Positions 11,988 through 28,389 of a DNA stretch of 64,000 nt are shown here, piece by piece. The notes beneath the pieces were generated by a model. The model saw nothing but the letters and a program-made list of their open reading frames with translations, was not told where the DNA came from and made no database searches. The stretch's first letter is position 1, and every line of letters starts with the position of its first letter. The translations under genes were made by a program, and so were the position numbers. This stretch comes from Moniliella sp. 'wahieum' (lineage: Eukaryota), in assembly GCA_003971905.1 (NCBI GenBank), contig RSEE01000007.1, positions 62,001 to 126,000 of the forward strand, given 5' to 3'.

Positions 11988-12208
11988 GGTTTCCAGCGGT
12001 TTCCTACCGTTTCCAGCGCTTTCCAGCCTTGGTTTCCAGTCATTTCCTGTCGTTTCCTGCCGTTTCCGGCCGTTTCCTGCCGTTTCCGGCCGTTCCTGTC
12101 GTTTCCTGTCGTTCCTGTCGTTTCCTGTCGTTTCCTGTCGTTTCCTGTCGTTTCCTGTCGTTTCCTGTCGTTTCCTGTCGTTTCCTGTCGTTTCCTGCTA
12201 TTTCCTCC
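11988..12208. repeat. 10-bp minisatellite (TTTCCTGTCG)n, about 20 copies with degenerate edges
   Basis: Read directly; perfect core at about 12120-12190. Confidence 0.95.
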
Positions 12209-12615
12209 CGTTACCAGCCGCTCGCACACCCACCGGCACCGGTTCACTTCCTACTTGTTTCCTGAGCGCTCAAGCTGAGCGCCACGCGGGAGGGTCTGGT
12301 GGGTTTGCACGGAATGGGTAGTACGGTACTACAGACACATTCTGCAGATTTACACCGACTCTATAGCTGATCCTCAGCAACAAACAGCAAGGGCGTTGAG
12401 TTGAGACTCAACTTTGAGTTCAAGTTCAGGTTCAACGCCCACACCGAGCGCCGAGCAGAAGTGGATTGGACTACACGAATAGGGAACGTTTTGAGGCAGC
12501 ACCACACCACTCCTCATGTGCCCGCTGCCATGGGAAGGACAGGGCGCGGGTGGGGTGGGGCAGGACGAAGAGACGGGAGGCGCAGCAGCACAGCTGTTGG
12601 TGTTCAGTTCAGGGT

Positions 12616-16581
<3,966 letters not shown>

Positions 16582-17385
16582 AAAAGTGGCGTGGCCAACG
16601 TCCGGTTTTGGATGACCGGATCATGGCCGCCCCGCGCGTTGTCCTTTTCCTTCCTTGCTCCTGTACTGCACCTACCCCTCGTGCGTTCTGTTCGGTCAGC
16701 GTGCCCACTTTCATCTGCATCTGTCGGAGGCCATTCGCTGGGCGGGAACTAGTGTGCACTAGTAGCTAGTAGCTAGCGCAGTCCATCCCGCGGTCCCTCC
16801 CCGTCGGGGGAGCAAAGGAGGATATCAAAGTATCGAATATAGAGAGCGAGAACCAAAGGAGAGACAGGTATCGTGGGCAGATCAGGGCACCAAAGAAAGG
16901 AGAGACTAGTGAGGTGGGTCATAATGGGGGAGCCGAGCAAGGCGAGAAGACAGAGGGTCGGTGGCAAGTGCAAGAAGCGTTGCCAATCAAGCGCGCAAAC
17001 AGACCAAAAGGCAGATTGCCATCGGTCTAAAGCGGGGGAGCAGGGGTCATCCCCCATCAGCGGCCGACTCAGGGTGCGGCCCAGAGGGAGAACGGGAGAA
17101 CGGGAGAACGTGGGGAACGTGGGAACGCGGACGAAGGAGTGTCGAAGGCACCGGCGAATGGGAGCGTGAAACGAGCGGGGCGGAGGGGGAGGAGAAAGTG
17201 AGTGCGGACTGGGGCGGCAGGGCGGTGCGGCCAGCGCGGGGCAGGGACGGTGGTGCATGACGAAGCCTCATGTGGCGACGACGGCGTGGCAGCACGGCAA
17301 AACGAGCGGCGGGAATGCAGGTTTCTCTGGCTGTCGGGCAGGCGGAGGCTAAATGTGGACCGACGTCGGTCTTGGCTCAAGGCAC

Positions 17386-20300
17386 TCACCGATCTCGCGT
17401 GGGTCCTCGGCTCCCGCGCTGGGGATGGCGAACGGAGTGTCCACGTGCGATGGTGAGTATGGGCCAACGACCAATATCGTGCTCGCCGTCACAGCAAACA
17501 CGCACATTGTCCAACCCGGACCGGGTGCTGCTACTGCTCCCGTCGTCCTCCTCGATCATCGCCTCGGCCGTACGGCGCTGCCCCGCCTTCCCAGGTTCAT
17601 TTGGCAAAACGTCCCAGGGTGACACGGGTTCCCACCGTCCACTGCGTTGGCGCTGGAGGCTGAGGACTGAGTCGGGAGAGGCATGGATGGGAAGGGTCCT
17701 GACTTGACCTTGAATGCGACATGGCCGAATTGGAACGAGAGGGTTGATGCGACATGGCCGAGTTGGAACGAGACGGTTGAGACGCATGGGAACTAGCTTG
17801 CCCCGCTGTTCGCCACGGCACCTTCCACAACCTGAGCGAGGGACTGCGTTCGGGCCAGCGCGACCTTCGCTCGAGGAAGAACGGGCGAGGATGCTGGTCG
17901 ACAAGAGCTGCGGGCTCTCCCCGATTCGGGAAGGCAGAGGCGAGTGCGCACGGTCCAGGGGCTGAGGCGACGCCATGGTCGTGCCCCCCGCCGCTGAGGA
18001 CGGCGCCGGCGACATGGGCGCGAACGGGGCTAAGGGTAGGTAGCTCGAGCGGCGGCAAATCCTGGATTTGCAGGCGGCGCAGCTTGTCTCGTTGGACCAA
18101 AAACCGCAGGGCTGTGAGCCAAGTGCGGTGTGCCTCGGCCGAGGGGGCAGTCAGGTGCAGTTCCTGGCCATTGGCACAGGTCAGAACGAGAGATTGGGTG
18201 TGCAGACTGACACTTTGCTCCCCCATCTCACGGGGCGCCGTACAGCACGCCATCGGGGTAAGCGCGTTCCTCCCTCACCCCGCTGAACTGCACCGACTTG
18301 GACTGGGTCAGGTCGCCAGCCGCTTGGCTCGGGGTAGGGGACGGGTGGCCTTGGCTCCAATAGATGCGCATCGTGTAGGGCTGCAGCCAGACGAACCGCA
18401 GATGGCGACGTTCGAACAACTTGTTGCGCTGCCGCGACGTCCGCTGCGTCCTCTCGGTCTCTCCCTCGCCGTTCGAATCCGGCCCGCGCGAAAAGGAACG
18501 GGCCAAGCTTCCGATGCCCCGGGGAAGGCGGGTATACTTGACCATAAACATCCCGATCATTGCCTGCGAGATGGCCTCCATCTCCGGCTGCTGCAAGCGG
18601 GAGGTGACAAGGGACGTTCGTGGGATAGAAAAGGAGGGCAGGCGCGAGGGGGCCGAGTTTGGGGAGAACCAATGTCCTGCGCAAACGCCGGCGAAACAGG
18701 CGGCGAAACCACGCTGCGAGCCTTGGCCCGCGGGGTAAAGTAGATGGATGAACGAGAATGAGGTCGAGCGTGTGGTTGGGGCGAGGCGACGAGTTGCATT
18801 CCAGCCAGCATGGCTACCCTCAGGTGCGGGAGGCGCCGATGCAGGAGTGGATGCAACGGGGGACTCTCGTGGTCCATCGGTGTGAGCGAGAGACAGCACC
18901 GGTAGGAGAACGCGAACTCGAAGGTATGCGGGTGTGCCGTCCCGACAAAGTGGGTTGAGCAGGGGACTGTTTCCCTTGGATGAGAAGTGGCGTGAACCAT
19001 CATGGAGGATGGCCTCGGCCGCCGAGGCGCTCCTTGGAACATGAGCACGGCGGGGGGGGTAGACATCTGCGCCGGCGCGGATCTGGTTGGGATGGAGAAG
19101 GGTGGGTATCATCGCGATGACGGTGGGACTGGTGGCGCTGGTGATGGTTGTGACGGGGAAAGGAAGGGAGCGGTGAGAAACGCGCTGCTGGCGTGCACTC
19201 GCTCTTGAATGAGAGGAAGATTTTTGGTACCGTGAGAAGAGCGGTGCTCATGGCGAGCGGTTGAGCTACGAGTACTAGACTCATGCCGGGGCCTTAGGTG
19301 AGTGGCATCATCGAAAGCCCGGGATCCTATAGGCTCAACGTCGGCTTCAGCACCGTCGTCGGCTGAACTTTCTTCTGCTCGGGGATGCGCGCTTGTGCGG
19401 CGGCATGCAAGGGACGAAGTGCTAATGGCTTCCCGGAGGTGGAGGGAAGACGGTGGCGGTTCGCCGGCGAGGGCGTTGGGGGAAGAGAGCCGGCAGTAGA
19501 GGTATGCGATGCCGATGGCACCAATTCAGGTGGGGAATTGGGCGGACACGAGGGAGTGACGGACACAGATGGCATCACGGGCCACGTTCCGTTTGGACTG
19601 TTTCGTCAAGCCGGGCCATCTGGTCCGTCGCAACATTTTCCTCAACCCGACGGGGATACTGCGTCCCATTGTCCAGGCCTGCTCATTGGACGAGGTTTGT
19701 TGGGGTGAGCCAAGGCTGGCAGCCGACTGTCGGCCTAGATGCAGGGCTGATCCAGAGTCGGTATCCAGTTGAAGGGGGCGCCAATGTCCAGAGATGAAAG
19801 CCGTGAACCCTCGTAGGCATCCACAAAGCGATCTTCCGACTGTCCCGAAGCCTCTGAAGGAGGTCGTAGCGGTTCCAGAGCCAAGCTGTTCGCCCTTCCA
19901 TCCCAACAACAGCCGAGACACCAGACTTGTCGCTCTGGTCTTTTTCGAGCAGCATACGCAGTGCCGCCCCGTGCTGTTTAACGATTGCTTCGAGCTGCTC
20001 TGATAGATTCTCAGCTGCTGCCGAGAAAAGAGCCGGGTCGGGGTTGGAATCCGGACTGTGCCTGGGTCCTTTTGTCCCTTCCAATGGAGGCGATGTGGGA
20101 CATAGATCGGTTTGTGGTATGTCCTCTTTGTGGCTGAGGGCGTCTCGTTCGCCTAGGTTGATCATCTTAGAAGCAGAGGGTGGAGGAGCAGGTGCGGTTT
20201 GCAGTACATCTTCCAAAGCGTGGCACAGTGCGGGGCGCATCTTCTTAGGCTTGATCGTTTTGGCACGCGTCCTTGGAATAGCTGGAGGACGACGAACTCT

Positions 20301-21896
20301 GGGGAAGATGCGAACGGTTTTGGGACGCTGGCCTGAGATGGCTCGACGGAGGGAGGAGGTGTCGGTGGCCCAATCGGCAGGATCAGACTTCCGGCTCTGC
20401 TGATGCGTGCCAGTGGAAAGACGATGGGTATCGCCAAGGGAAGAGGTTGTGGCATGGAGGGCAAGAGACGTTGGGCCTCATCCCTCTGACCCATGATCAC
20501 AACTCTCTCAGCGCCTCACGGGCTCGGTCTTCCGCTTCACTTGCTCGCTGCTGGTGACGAGACAATGCGGATCTTAACGTGTTGCGCTCGTCTTCGTAAG
20601 CAGCACGGGTCTGAGCAGCGGCTTGGCTAGTAGCGGTAAGTTCAGATGATAATCGAGCAATGTTTGCCTCGCTCCGAGCCAGAGCGGGCCGCATGGCAGA
20701 TAAATCGTCCTGGGTCGACTGATGAGCCAGCTGCAAGTCATGCAGCTCATTTACAACAGATTCTAGCAGAGGGTCAGCACCAATAGAATGCCCCCAATGG
20801 GTATGCTAGAGACCAGAACATACCTTTGCTTCTTGGATCACCTTGATTTTATGCTGCTGCTCTGCCACGGTGCGCTGCAAGCCCTCACCGTCTTTGCCCG
20901 CTCTCACGCGCTGCGCGAGGTCACCTTCAAGCTGGGAAATGGACTGCTCTGACTTTTGCTTGAGGTCGGCCAATGCCGTGACCAAGGCTGCATTGTATGC
21001 TTGTAGTCGGCGCAGTTCAGCCAGAAGCTGGTCCTGCAGCTGACGGGCAAAGATGCTGTCCAGCTCAAGCTGGGCGGTCGGCTTGCCGCGCGAAGCTGGC
21101 TGGCTCAGAAGGGAGGGAGAACTAGCGCTGTCACTTGGCAGAGGACTGGGATTGGCCATTGCACGACCAGACGAAAGCATTGGGGAAGACATGGGGGGCG
21201 TTGCGGGCTCGCCGAGCCGCTTGTTTCTCTTTGTCACCTTCTGCTTCGTCGGTGGAATCAGGAGGGAGGTGAATGGTGACCTTGGTACGCCCATCGGCCT
21301 GCTCGATGCTCCGCCTAGCAAGCCAGTCGCGTCGTCCGTAGGGCATGGGTGTCAGCTTGGATGGCAGCAGTGAGGCGGTGGAGCAGGGCTTGGCGCTGAC
21401 GGGCGAATTGGGTTTGCTCCAAGGCGATCTGGGCCTCGAGCTCGGCCACCTGCGTCATGAGCCGAGGGGCATCCATGTCCAGCGGAGGCGGTACATCCAC
21501 AAGAGGAGGGTGGGAGGAGGAGGAGAAGGAGGCGGATGCGTATTGGTCATACTGGCGCGCACGTTGCACGTCTTGCTCGGCAACGAGGCAGGACAGACGG
21601 AAGGCCTGCAGCCGGCTGGCGAGCGCATCCAGCATGGTCTCGGCGGCGGCCTGCTGGTGCTCGAGAATGACGGCGAGGGCAGCGGCGGGGCGGGCTTGCT
21701 GGGCGACGTGGGAGCGGTGGTGCTCGAGAAGGCGGCGACACTGGGCCGCAGCGGCCAGGACGGCGGCGGCGTGGGGGTTGCTGTCGTGGTCCTGGGTGGG
21801 GGAGTGGCTGCTGGCGCTGCTGCTGCTGCTGGTGGCGCTGCTGCGGATGCTGGCCGCAGCGTCGGCGTCGCTGGCCCAGTGCATTGCCGGCGGCAT
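17386..21896 (-). CDS. NUM1: Num1/ApsA/Mcp5-like cortical dynein anchor (coiled-coil N-terminus, C-terminal PH domain; intron 20763-20823)
   Basis: PH motif AISQAMIGMFMVKYTR..RHLRFVWLQPYTMRIYWS..SKSVQF..LHTQSLVL..ELHLTAPSAEAHRTWLTALRFL; coiled-coil LELDSIFARQLQDQLLAELRRLQA. Confidence 0.8.
17713..17790. repeat. 33-bp coding tandem repeat (about 2.5 copies of SHQPSRSNSAM) in the Num1 tail
   Basis: ATGCGACATGGCCGA[A/G]TTGGAACGAGA[G/C]GGTTG repeated. Confidence 0.8.
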
Positions 21897-22149
21897 TGCC
21901 GCGACGCTGGGTGGAGTCCCGGGGAGGGGGAGGGGGGGGGGGGGATGGTGGCGGGCAAGCGCTGCTGCGGGTGTTTGGCTGCAATAAGCGCTAAGCGCAG
22001 CCAGCAGGCGGCCGAGGCGCCCTGGCGCTGGTGCACGCGCAGCACACAGATGCGGTGCTGTGCGGTGCGGTGCGGTGCGGTGCGGTGCGGCCCCTGGCGT
22101 CTGTGCGCCGCAAGGCCATTAAGCTTCCTGTGGCAACCAGGCGGGTGCA

Positions 22150-22280
22150 CGCTTCAAGCTTCAGGCGCTCAGCAGGCAGTCTAGTCAGCAACCCACTATA
22201 AAGATCAACACATCCAACGCCCTCTTCACGCTTCAAGCTTCAAGCTTCAAGCTTCAAGCTTCAAGCTTCAAGCTTCACCC
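22150..22280. repeat. (AGCTTCA)n perfect heptamer array (about 7 copies, 22229-22277) upstream of NUM1; (GCGGT)n at about 22052-22090
   Basis: GCTTCAAGCTTCAAGCTTCAAGCTTCAAGCTTCAAGCTTCAAGCTTCA. Confidence 0.95.
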
Positions 22281-23816
22281 AGCTTTCGTCCCTTGTCGAT
22301 CCGCCCAGCACGCCCTGGGGCAGACGGCCTGTGTGCGATTGGCAGGCCAGCCGCATCATGCATCACTCTCCAGCTGCTCCACCCGCTCTGTGTGCGCGCA
22401 GCACCAGCCCACACACGCCCACCCGCTGGGGGACGCCTGACGCGTGACGCGCGTGACGCGCAGCCCCCGCGCAGGCTGCCCCACGCCCCCTCCTGCGGCC
22501 ACTGCTGACGCCCAGCAATCAGTCATCCGATCGACATTGGCCGCTGGGGCGCGCACACCTTTGCCTTCCCCCCCGCCTCATCAGCCTCATCAGCTTGTGT
22601 CAATAATGTCAACAACCTTCGCTCTTCCTTCACGCTTCGCTCCACCCTGCTACCCCACCGCCGTGCCTACCCACATTGGCCCGTTTCTGTCTCGTTTAGC
22701 AGCGGCAGTAGTCGAGGGATGCATCCGTCGCAGCCGTGGATGGCAGGAATGCAAACGCACGCACCTGCCGCTGCCTGTAATGTGCAAGCTGCGAATACCC
22801 CCCCCCCCCCCCCCCCGCTAAGAAACACACCGCCTGGGCTAGACCCGTGCCGAGAAGAGAGTGATCCAGAAGAAAAACACAGTGTGCTGTAAGCGCTCAT
22901 GTTGACCCACTGTGGCTGCCTTCAGATGGCCCATCCCGACGCCAAGAGCTGGGAGATGGTGGTGATGATCATCACCACCGAGGGGCCATCAGACGACGGC
23001 CAGTTGTTCGTCCAAAACATCACCCGGCACAACAGATTTTTCGAGCATCAGTGAAGTGCATTTCTTCAGACGACGGGCACCAACCCTCCCATGCACACCG
23101 CTGTTGTACACCGCTCTTTCTCTCATTCCTTAGTAGTGCTAATGCATCCTTTCTCCCCCTCCCTCTCTTCCACTCCCGTTCAGTCTTTTCCATGTTCCAT
23201 TGTTCCTGGTCGCCCTGGCTCAGGACCTTGCGGCGTGTGAGATGGAGGACCGAGCACCGATGAGAGAGGCCCAAGGCCCCAAACAGCCCAGACCGCTATA
23301 AAAGGCTGTGTAATATACCTCCGGCTCCGAGCGCACCCCCGCTGGACAGTGAGCGCTCAAGCAGGTGACTAGCACGGTGTACAACGTTCGAATGTGTTAC
23401 AGTAGATGCTGCTTGAGCGCTGCGCGCACCACGCCCGAGCATCACGCCCGCCGCCCTCCCTGCCTTTCGCGCTTCGGCCAGGCTGGAAGTGAAGCTGATG
23501 TTTGTTCATGTGGCTTGCCCCGCGGGGGGGGGAAAGGATGAGGATCAAATTCATCGAGTGGAAAGAGGTCGAGGTATATATGCCTCGGAGAAGAAGAGAA
23601 CATGCAATCTGAGGCAACGGAAAAGGAAAGAGGAGCCTAAACAAAGGGAAACAGGGTCTAGAACAAATCAGGGTCCAGCACACCTGGTGACTATGTGTGA
23701 CCATGTGGGTCTGGTCCAGACAGCATCGCATCCCCCAGGACAGCAGCAGTGAAAAAACGGAAGGAAACCAAACGAAAAAATGGAAACCCAAAAAGGAGCA
23801 GCATCAGTTATGGTCA

Positions 23817-23925
23817 AGAGGGAAGAGGGAAGAGGGAAGAGGGAGAGGGAAGAGGGAAGAGGGAAGAGGGAAGAGGGAAGAGGGAAGAGGGAAGAGGGAA
23901 GAGGGAAAAGGGAACAGGGAAGAGG
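23817..23925. repeat. Polypurine (GGGAAGA)n heptamer array, about 15 copies
   Basis: Read directly. Confidence 0.95.
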
Positions 23926-25402
23926 AGAAAACACCATCAGTGTTCCAGGCGGCGCTCTCGCCAGCGCACCACGCAATGAGACCGTCGCTTCGAGTGGACA
24001 GTGCACGGCGGGTGCGCATAGATACGGAGATGATCACATATATGTGTTGCGGCCCTGACTTCCATGCATCTTCTCCGAGGTATATATACCTCGCCTCTTT
24101 TCTCCTCGATGAATATGACCCTCATCCTTTCGCCCATATCCATCTGCTGTTAGATGCGATCTTTCGTTTTGCCCTTCGCCATGCGGCCGTCCAGATCGAC
24201 CCTCCGCTTAATTCTCCTCATGCTTGTCTTGTTTCGGGAAGTTTTCGGGGAGGCAGGCCTGCTGCGACGCTATTGTGGAGATGCTAGCTTTCTCTGAACA
24301 GTCCCTGTGTAACTCTGTCAGTACTACTAATAGGCCACACTGCTCTCATGTAGGCCCGTCTGCGTCTTCCTTTGTGCTCCCGTGTTCGCCTCTCCTCTGT
24401 CCTAACGTGACGGCACTTCCATTCAAGGTTTCATTCGCCTTCGGTGCTCGGGATCAGCTCTCGAGCAGCTCCCTAGCTCTTTCACTCAGTAATAGGGACC
24501 ATGCGATTGCGCGGACGGTTTGGCTACTGCGCAACAGATCACCATGGTCCTTGGGTGCATAATGTTTAGCTTTGCTCGAACACGAATTGACTGTCCGAGA
24601 CGTAGCACGTGCCCCCCGTATCATGCCCACAGGTTATGGCAAGTTCCCGGGCCTCAATCATCGAATATCATCATGCAGCTCTTCAGTGGAAAAGGAAAAA
24701 CTGTGCATCTATAACTCCACATCTTTCTGCCTGGTCGCTCGAAGGGGCATTTTTTGCTGCCGCCCATCCCGAAATGGATGACCCTGCCAGTATGACGCTC
24801 TCGCCGTCGATATGCCAATTTGGAAGAGATGACAACGATGCCAGCCTCATATTTTCTTGTTGGTGGACGGCTTAGCAGGAAATCAGGGGGTGCCACGTGT
24901 CTTCTTTCTCGCTTTCTCGCTGTGCCAGCTCGAGGCGGATGTAGTCGCCGGATGTGACCGGGTGTGGCTAGGCATGGTCCGACAGCATGGACAGCACAGG
25001 CAGTGGTAGGCAGTGGCGTGGAACTGGAACTAGCAGCCTGTTTTAACGTTAGCTCGCGTCTCGTCCGCCCTACTCTTCCTCTCCATCTCCAACCAAGCGG
25101 GCAAGCTTCAAGCTTCAAGGTTCAAACTAGGCGGACGCTCGGGACACAATGGGGAGCGTTGACGCTGATCACACTGCCCCCCGCCGTGCTTGTCGATCCT
25201 ATTTGCCACCGTCGCCCCGGAGCGCTGGCATGGCCAATCGGTACAACCCAGCGCTGCTGTGCAGGTGCAGCCCAGCGCAACCCCCGCCTCGCCTTCCCTG
25301 CCCCATCGACCATCTCATCGCCCCCGGTCCCCCGACACCCTGGCGCGCCATCGACCATCCTTCTCGTGCCCCGCCCTGCCCATCACGTAGAGCTTGTCGC
25401 TC

Positions 25403-26268
25403 ATGACCAACTTTCCCCCGACAGCGGTGCCGGTGCAAGCGGTGGTGCGTACGGTGCCCGTGCGCAGCAGCGACGAGTTGCGTGCGGCGCTACTCGGTGC
25501 CGAGCCGGGCGATGAGCTGGTGCTAGCCCCTGGCGAGTACCGCGGACCTTGGACGGTGGAGGCCAAGACGGGGATCACCATCTCGGGTCCTGGGCTGGGT
25601 CCGGGGGCTGGCGAAGGAGCGGGCGCGGTGCTGCGTACGACCCACGGGGGCAAACCGTGTTGCTGGTGCAATCCTGTCAGGCTTGTACTGTTCGCGGTCT
25701 GGTGCTGCAGGGCGGGCAGAAAGGGCTGATGGTGGATGGCTCGTCGGACTGCACGTTTGACCATCTCGATGTCGGTCAAACACGCATGGAAGCCGTCCAC
25801 TTTCGCAACCAAAGCCAGCGGCTCGCTCCAGTTTTGTCTCGTTCACGACACGGGGCTCGGCGGCGACCAAGCCGCCGGCCACGGTCGCACCCAGGCGGAC
25901 GATGGCGAGGGCGTGTATGTGGGCACGGCGCTGTCCAACACGCCGCGCGACGCACGGGGGCAATTGGTGCCGGACCGATCGGACAAGGTGCGGGTACTGT
26001 ACAACCGCATCTGGAACACCAGCGTCGAGGCAATTGATATCAAGGAGTTCACGTCTGAGGGCGTGATGCGGGCAACACGCTCGATGGCGGCGTGGCGCGG
26101 TCGCGCGGGGTGCCGGCGATGGTGGAGCTCAAGGGAGCGGGCTACGTGGTGGAGGACAACACGTTCACACAGCGCACGGACAAGCACCTGGTCAAGGTGT
26201 TTGCCATCCGCGGGGCGCCGGGCTCGGGCGAGGGCAACGAGGTGGGGGCGGGCAACCGAGAGGCGTAG
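25403..26268 (+). CDS. Right-handed parallel beta-helix (pectin-lyase fold) protein resembling bacterial 'sheath polysaccharide-degrading enzyme'/PL9-like lyases; intronless, indel-broken
   Basis: Joined frames: ELRAALLGAEPGDELVLAPGEYRG..TVRGLVLQGGQKGLMVD..MEAVHFRNQS..VHDTG..GEGVYVGTA..DRSDKVRVLYNRI..EAIDIKEFT..GNTLDG..VELKGAGYVVEDNT. Confidence 0.75.
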
Positions 26269-26531
26269 AAACTGGCCCGTGCGCTGGTTGGGGATGGTCT
26301 GGATCACCAGAACCCACAGGGTGGATTGCGGATTAAGGATTGCATGTTGCCGTGTGTGATGCAGTGCGTGATGGGAGGCGGGTGTGGATGTGATGTGGCA
26401 GTGATATCGATAGTCGGGCGCTGCGGTCGGCGTGGCATGAGCCAGGCTAGGCGAGGCCCACTGTGGCGCCAAGGCGCTGCCTCGGCCGCCCGCCGGCTCT
26501 CTCCATCTCCTCGCCCGCCCCGTGTCGCGCC

Positions 26532-27774
26532 ATGGCCAGCGCGCCTGCCGCCGCCGCCGACGTTGTCCTCTTCCGCCGCGCCGTCTGGGACGCCCGCATC
26601 CCCGTCGCCATCCTTGTGGACGATGCGCGTCTGCCGCCCGGCAGCGACCCCAGCATCGACGCCTACTACACCACCGTTCCCCGCATCTCCTACCTCCCGC
26701 TGCTTGTGCCCGAGGTGCGGCGCTTCCTGCTGGCGCAGGTCGTGCCCCAGGCGCTGCTCGATGGCATCCAGGACCGCCAGATCTCATTCGAGGCGGCGGG
26801 CGAGCCACTCAAGTGGCACTGGCCCGTCGGTGTCCTGTACGACGCCCACCACGCCCACCACGCCCACCGCGCCCCGACGCCCCGCCCGCGCCGGCGCCCC
26901 CACCTGATCTGCCCTGGCGCTTGACCCTCAAGATTGCCGACAAGCCGCAGGACAAGTTGCAGGACACGCTGCACCCGCCGCCCACGGCCGAACTGTGCAA
27001 GACACACTTCATGTCCATGCTCAAGGAGGCCGACTTTGTCCACTACGGCTCCACCAAGCGGGTGGTCAACTTGCGCCGCCAGGAACAGGACTCGCTGTGG
27101 GAGGCGATTGTGGAGGTACGTTGTGCCTGTTATTTCTCTTGCTGTAGCTCGTGTGTGCATTGGCGGGCGCGAGATTGACCGCTGTTTGCGTGGCAGACAA
27201 CTTTGACAAGTACTGGGCCGTGGCTGCTAAAGTGTATCCGCCTCCCTCGTTTTCCTTGGGTGTGGGCCTGCCAGCACGACGTGCTACAGCAGGCGGCGCA
27301 CCTGGTTCGTTGGAAGACAAGTCCGCCCTCTCTTCCGCGCTTACTACCCATGCCAATGAGAGCCAAGCTTCCATCGCGGCTTCCCTGCACAGTGTGGCTG
27401 TGAGCGAAGCGCCCAGTATGGCCCCTTCCGCCACTGGGGCCGCAGGCGCAGGCCCAGGAGCCGGCGCAGCGGGTGGAGTGCGTGCGATTCCCATGCGCTT
27501 TCATCTTCCAGACCATGCCGGGATGGCACAGGAAGCCGTCTCGCCTCTCGCTGAGGACGGCAAGAGTCCCGCCACGCTGCAGTCGGTCCTCACCACGCTC
27601 TTCCCGCTTCTCTTTCCTCCCGCGTCGGCCGAGCCGCCACGAGCAGGTCCGCATCCGCGTGCATGTGCATTTGCCCATGGCGTCCAACTCCCGCTCGAAG
27701 CGCAGCTGTACTGGCTCGGGCTGGCATTTTACTGGACCCGACGGCTGGTCGGTTGCATTCGCATTCCTGCCTGA
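26532..27774 (+). CDS. ATG5: Autophagy protein Atg5 (intron at about 27116-27196)
   Basis: FRRAVWDARIP..PRISYLPLL..PLKWHWPVGVLYD..LPWRLTL..FMSMLKEADFVHYGSTKRV..LWEAI..FDKYW..VRAIPMRFH..ATLQSVLTTLFPLLF..HGVQLPL..PDGW. Confidence 0.93.
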
Positions 27775-28389
27775 GAGTTGGCGCACCTTGGTTCCAGCAT
27801 ATCGAAATTTGCTCTTTACCGACTTGGTATGCACAGGACATTGCAGGGAGTAGGACAGGCAGTGCATAGCCATCCCCGATATGGGAGACGCAGCCCATTC
27901 TGCCCTAGATACCGGATGGAGTGGAACATGACGAGGGGACAGGAGAGAATAGGGCCAGCACCCCACTGGTCGCATCATTGTCAACTGACAGCAGTGGCAC
28001 AGTGAGATGGTGTTGGTTCTCTCAGTTTGGTTTGCTGATACATACGTGGTATGTGCGGTCATGAGGTTATGGTTGGTGTACGTGCTGGCTCAATCCTGTC
28101 TCGATGGACTTGTTTGGCTGGCGAGTGATGTTGGTGGGGTTTGCCAGCGCGCCCTCCTGCCTGAGGCCTGAGCCCGCTAGTAGACCGATTCACCATCTCC
28201 AGCGGTAAGAAATGCACAGATCTGAATCGGGAACATTTTTCTCAGTTCGTGTAATCGTTAATCCACGAGAGCCTGCAAGCGATGATCGCATTATCTGTAC
28301 CCTATCCATCATCCCTCCGCTTTACAAGCTATCCGGAACGGTGCAGCAACTGACAGCCTTTGGTATGCGATTGCTCGGCGCAGCGAATC

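Noticed and set aside
11988..12208. Tandem arrays here and at 22229, 23817 and 51900 as CRISPR
   Set aside because: No unique spacers, no cas genes, eukaryotic context.
22927..23053. Exon-like fragment MAHPDAKSWEMVVMIITTEGPSDDGQLF after a CAG acceptor
   Set aside because: Too short, with no recognisable family or flanking exons; possibly a relic but unsupported.
24224..24875. Overlapping short ORFs (also 3553-3897, 41056-41796, 49091-49789) as genes or transposon fragments
   Set aside because: No recognisable motifs, terminal repeats or target-site duplications.
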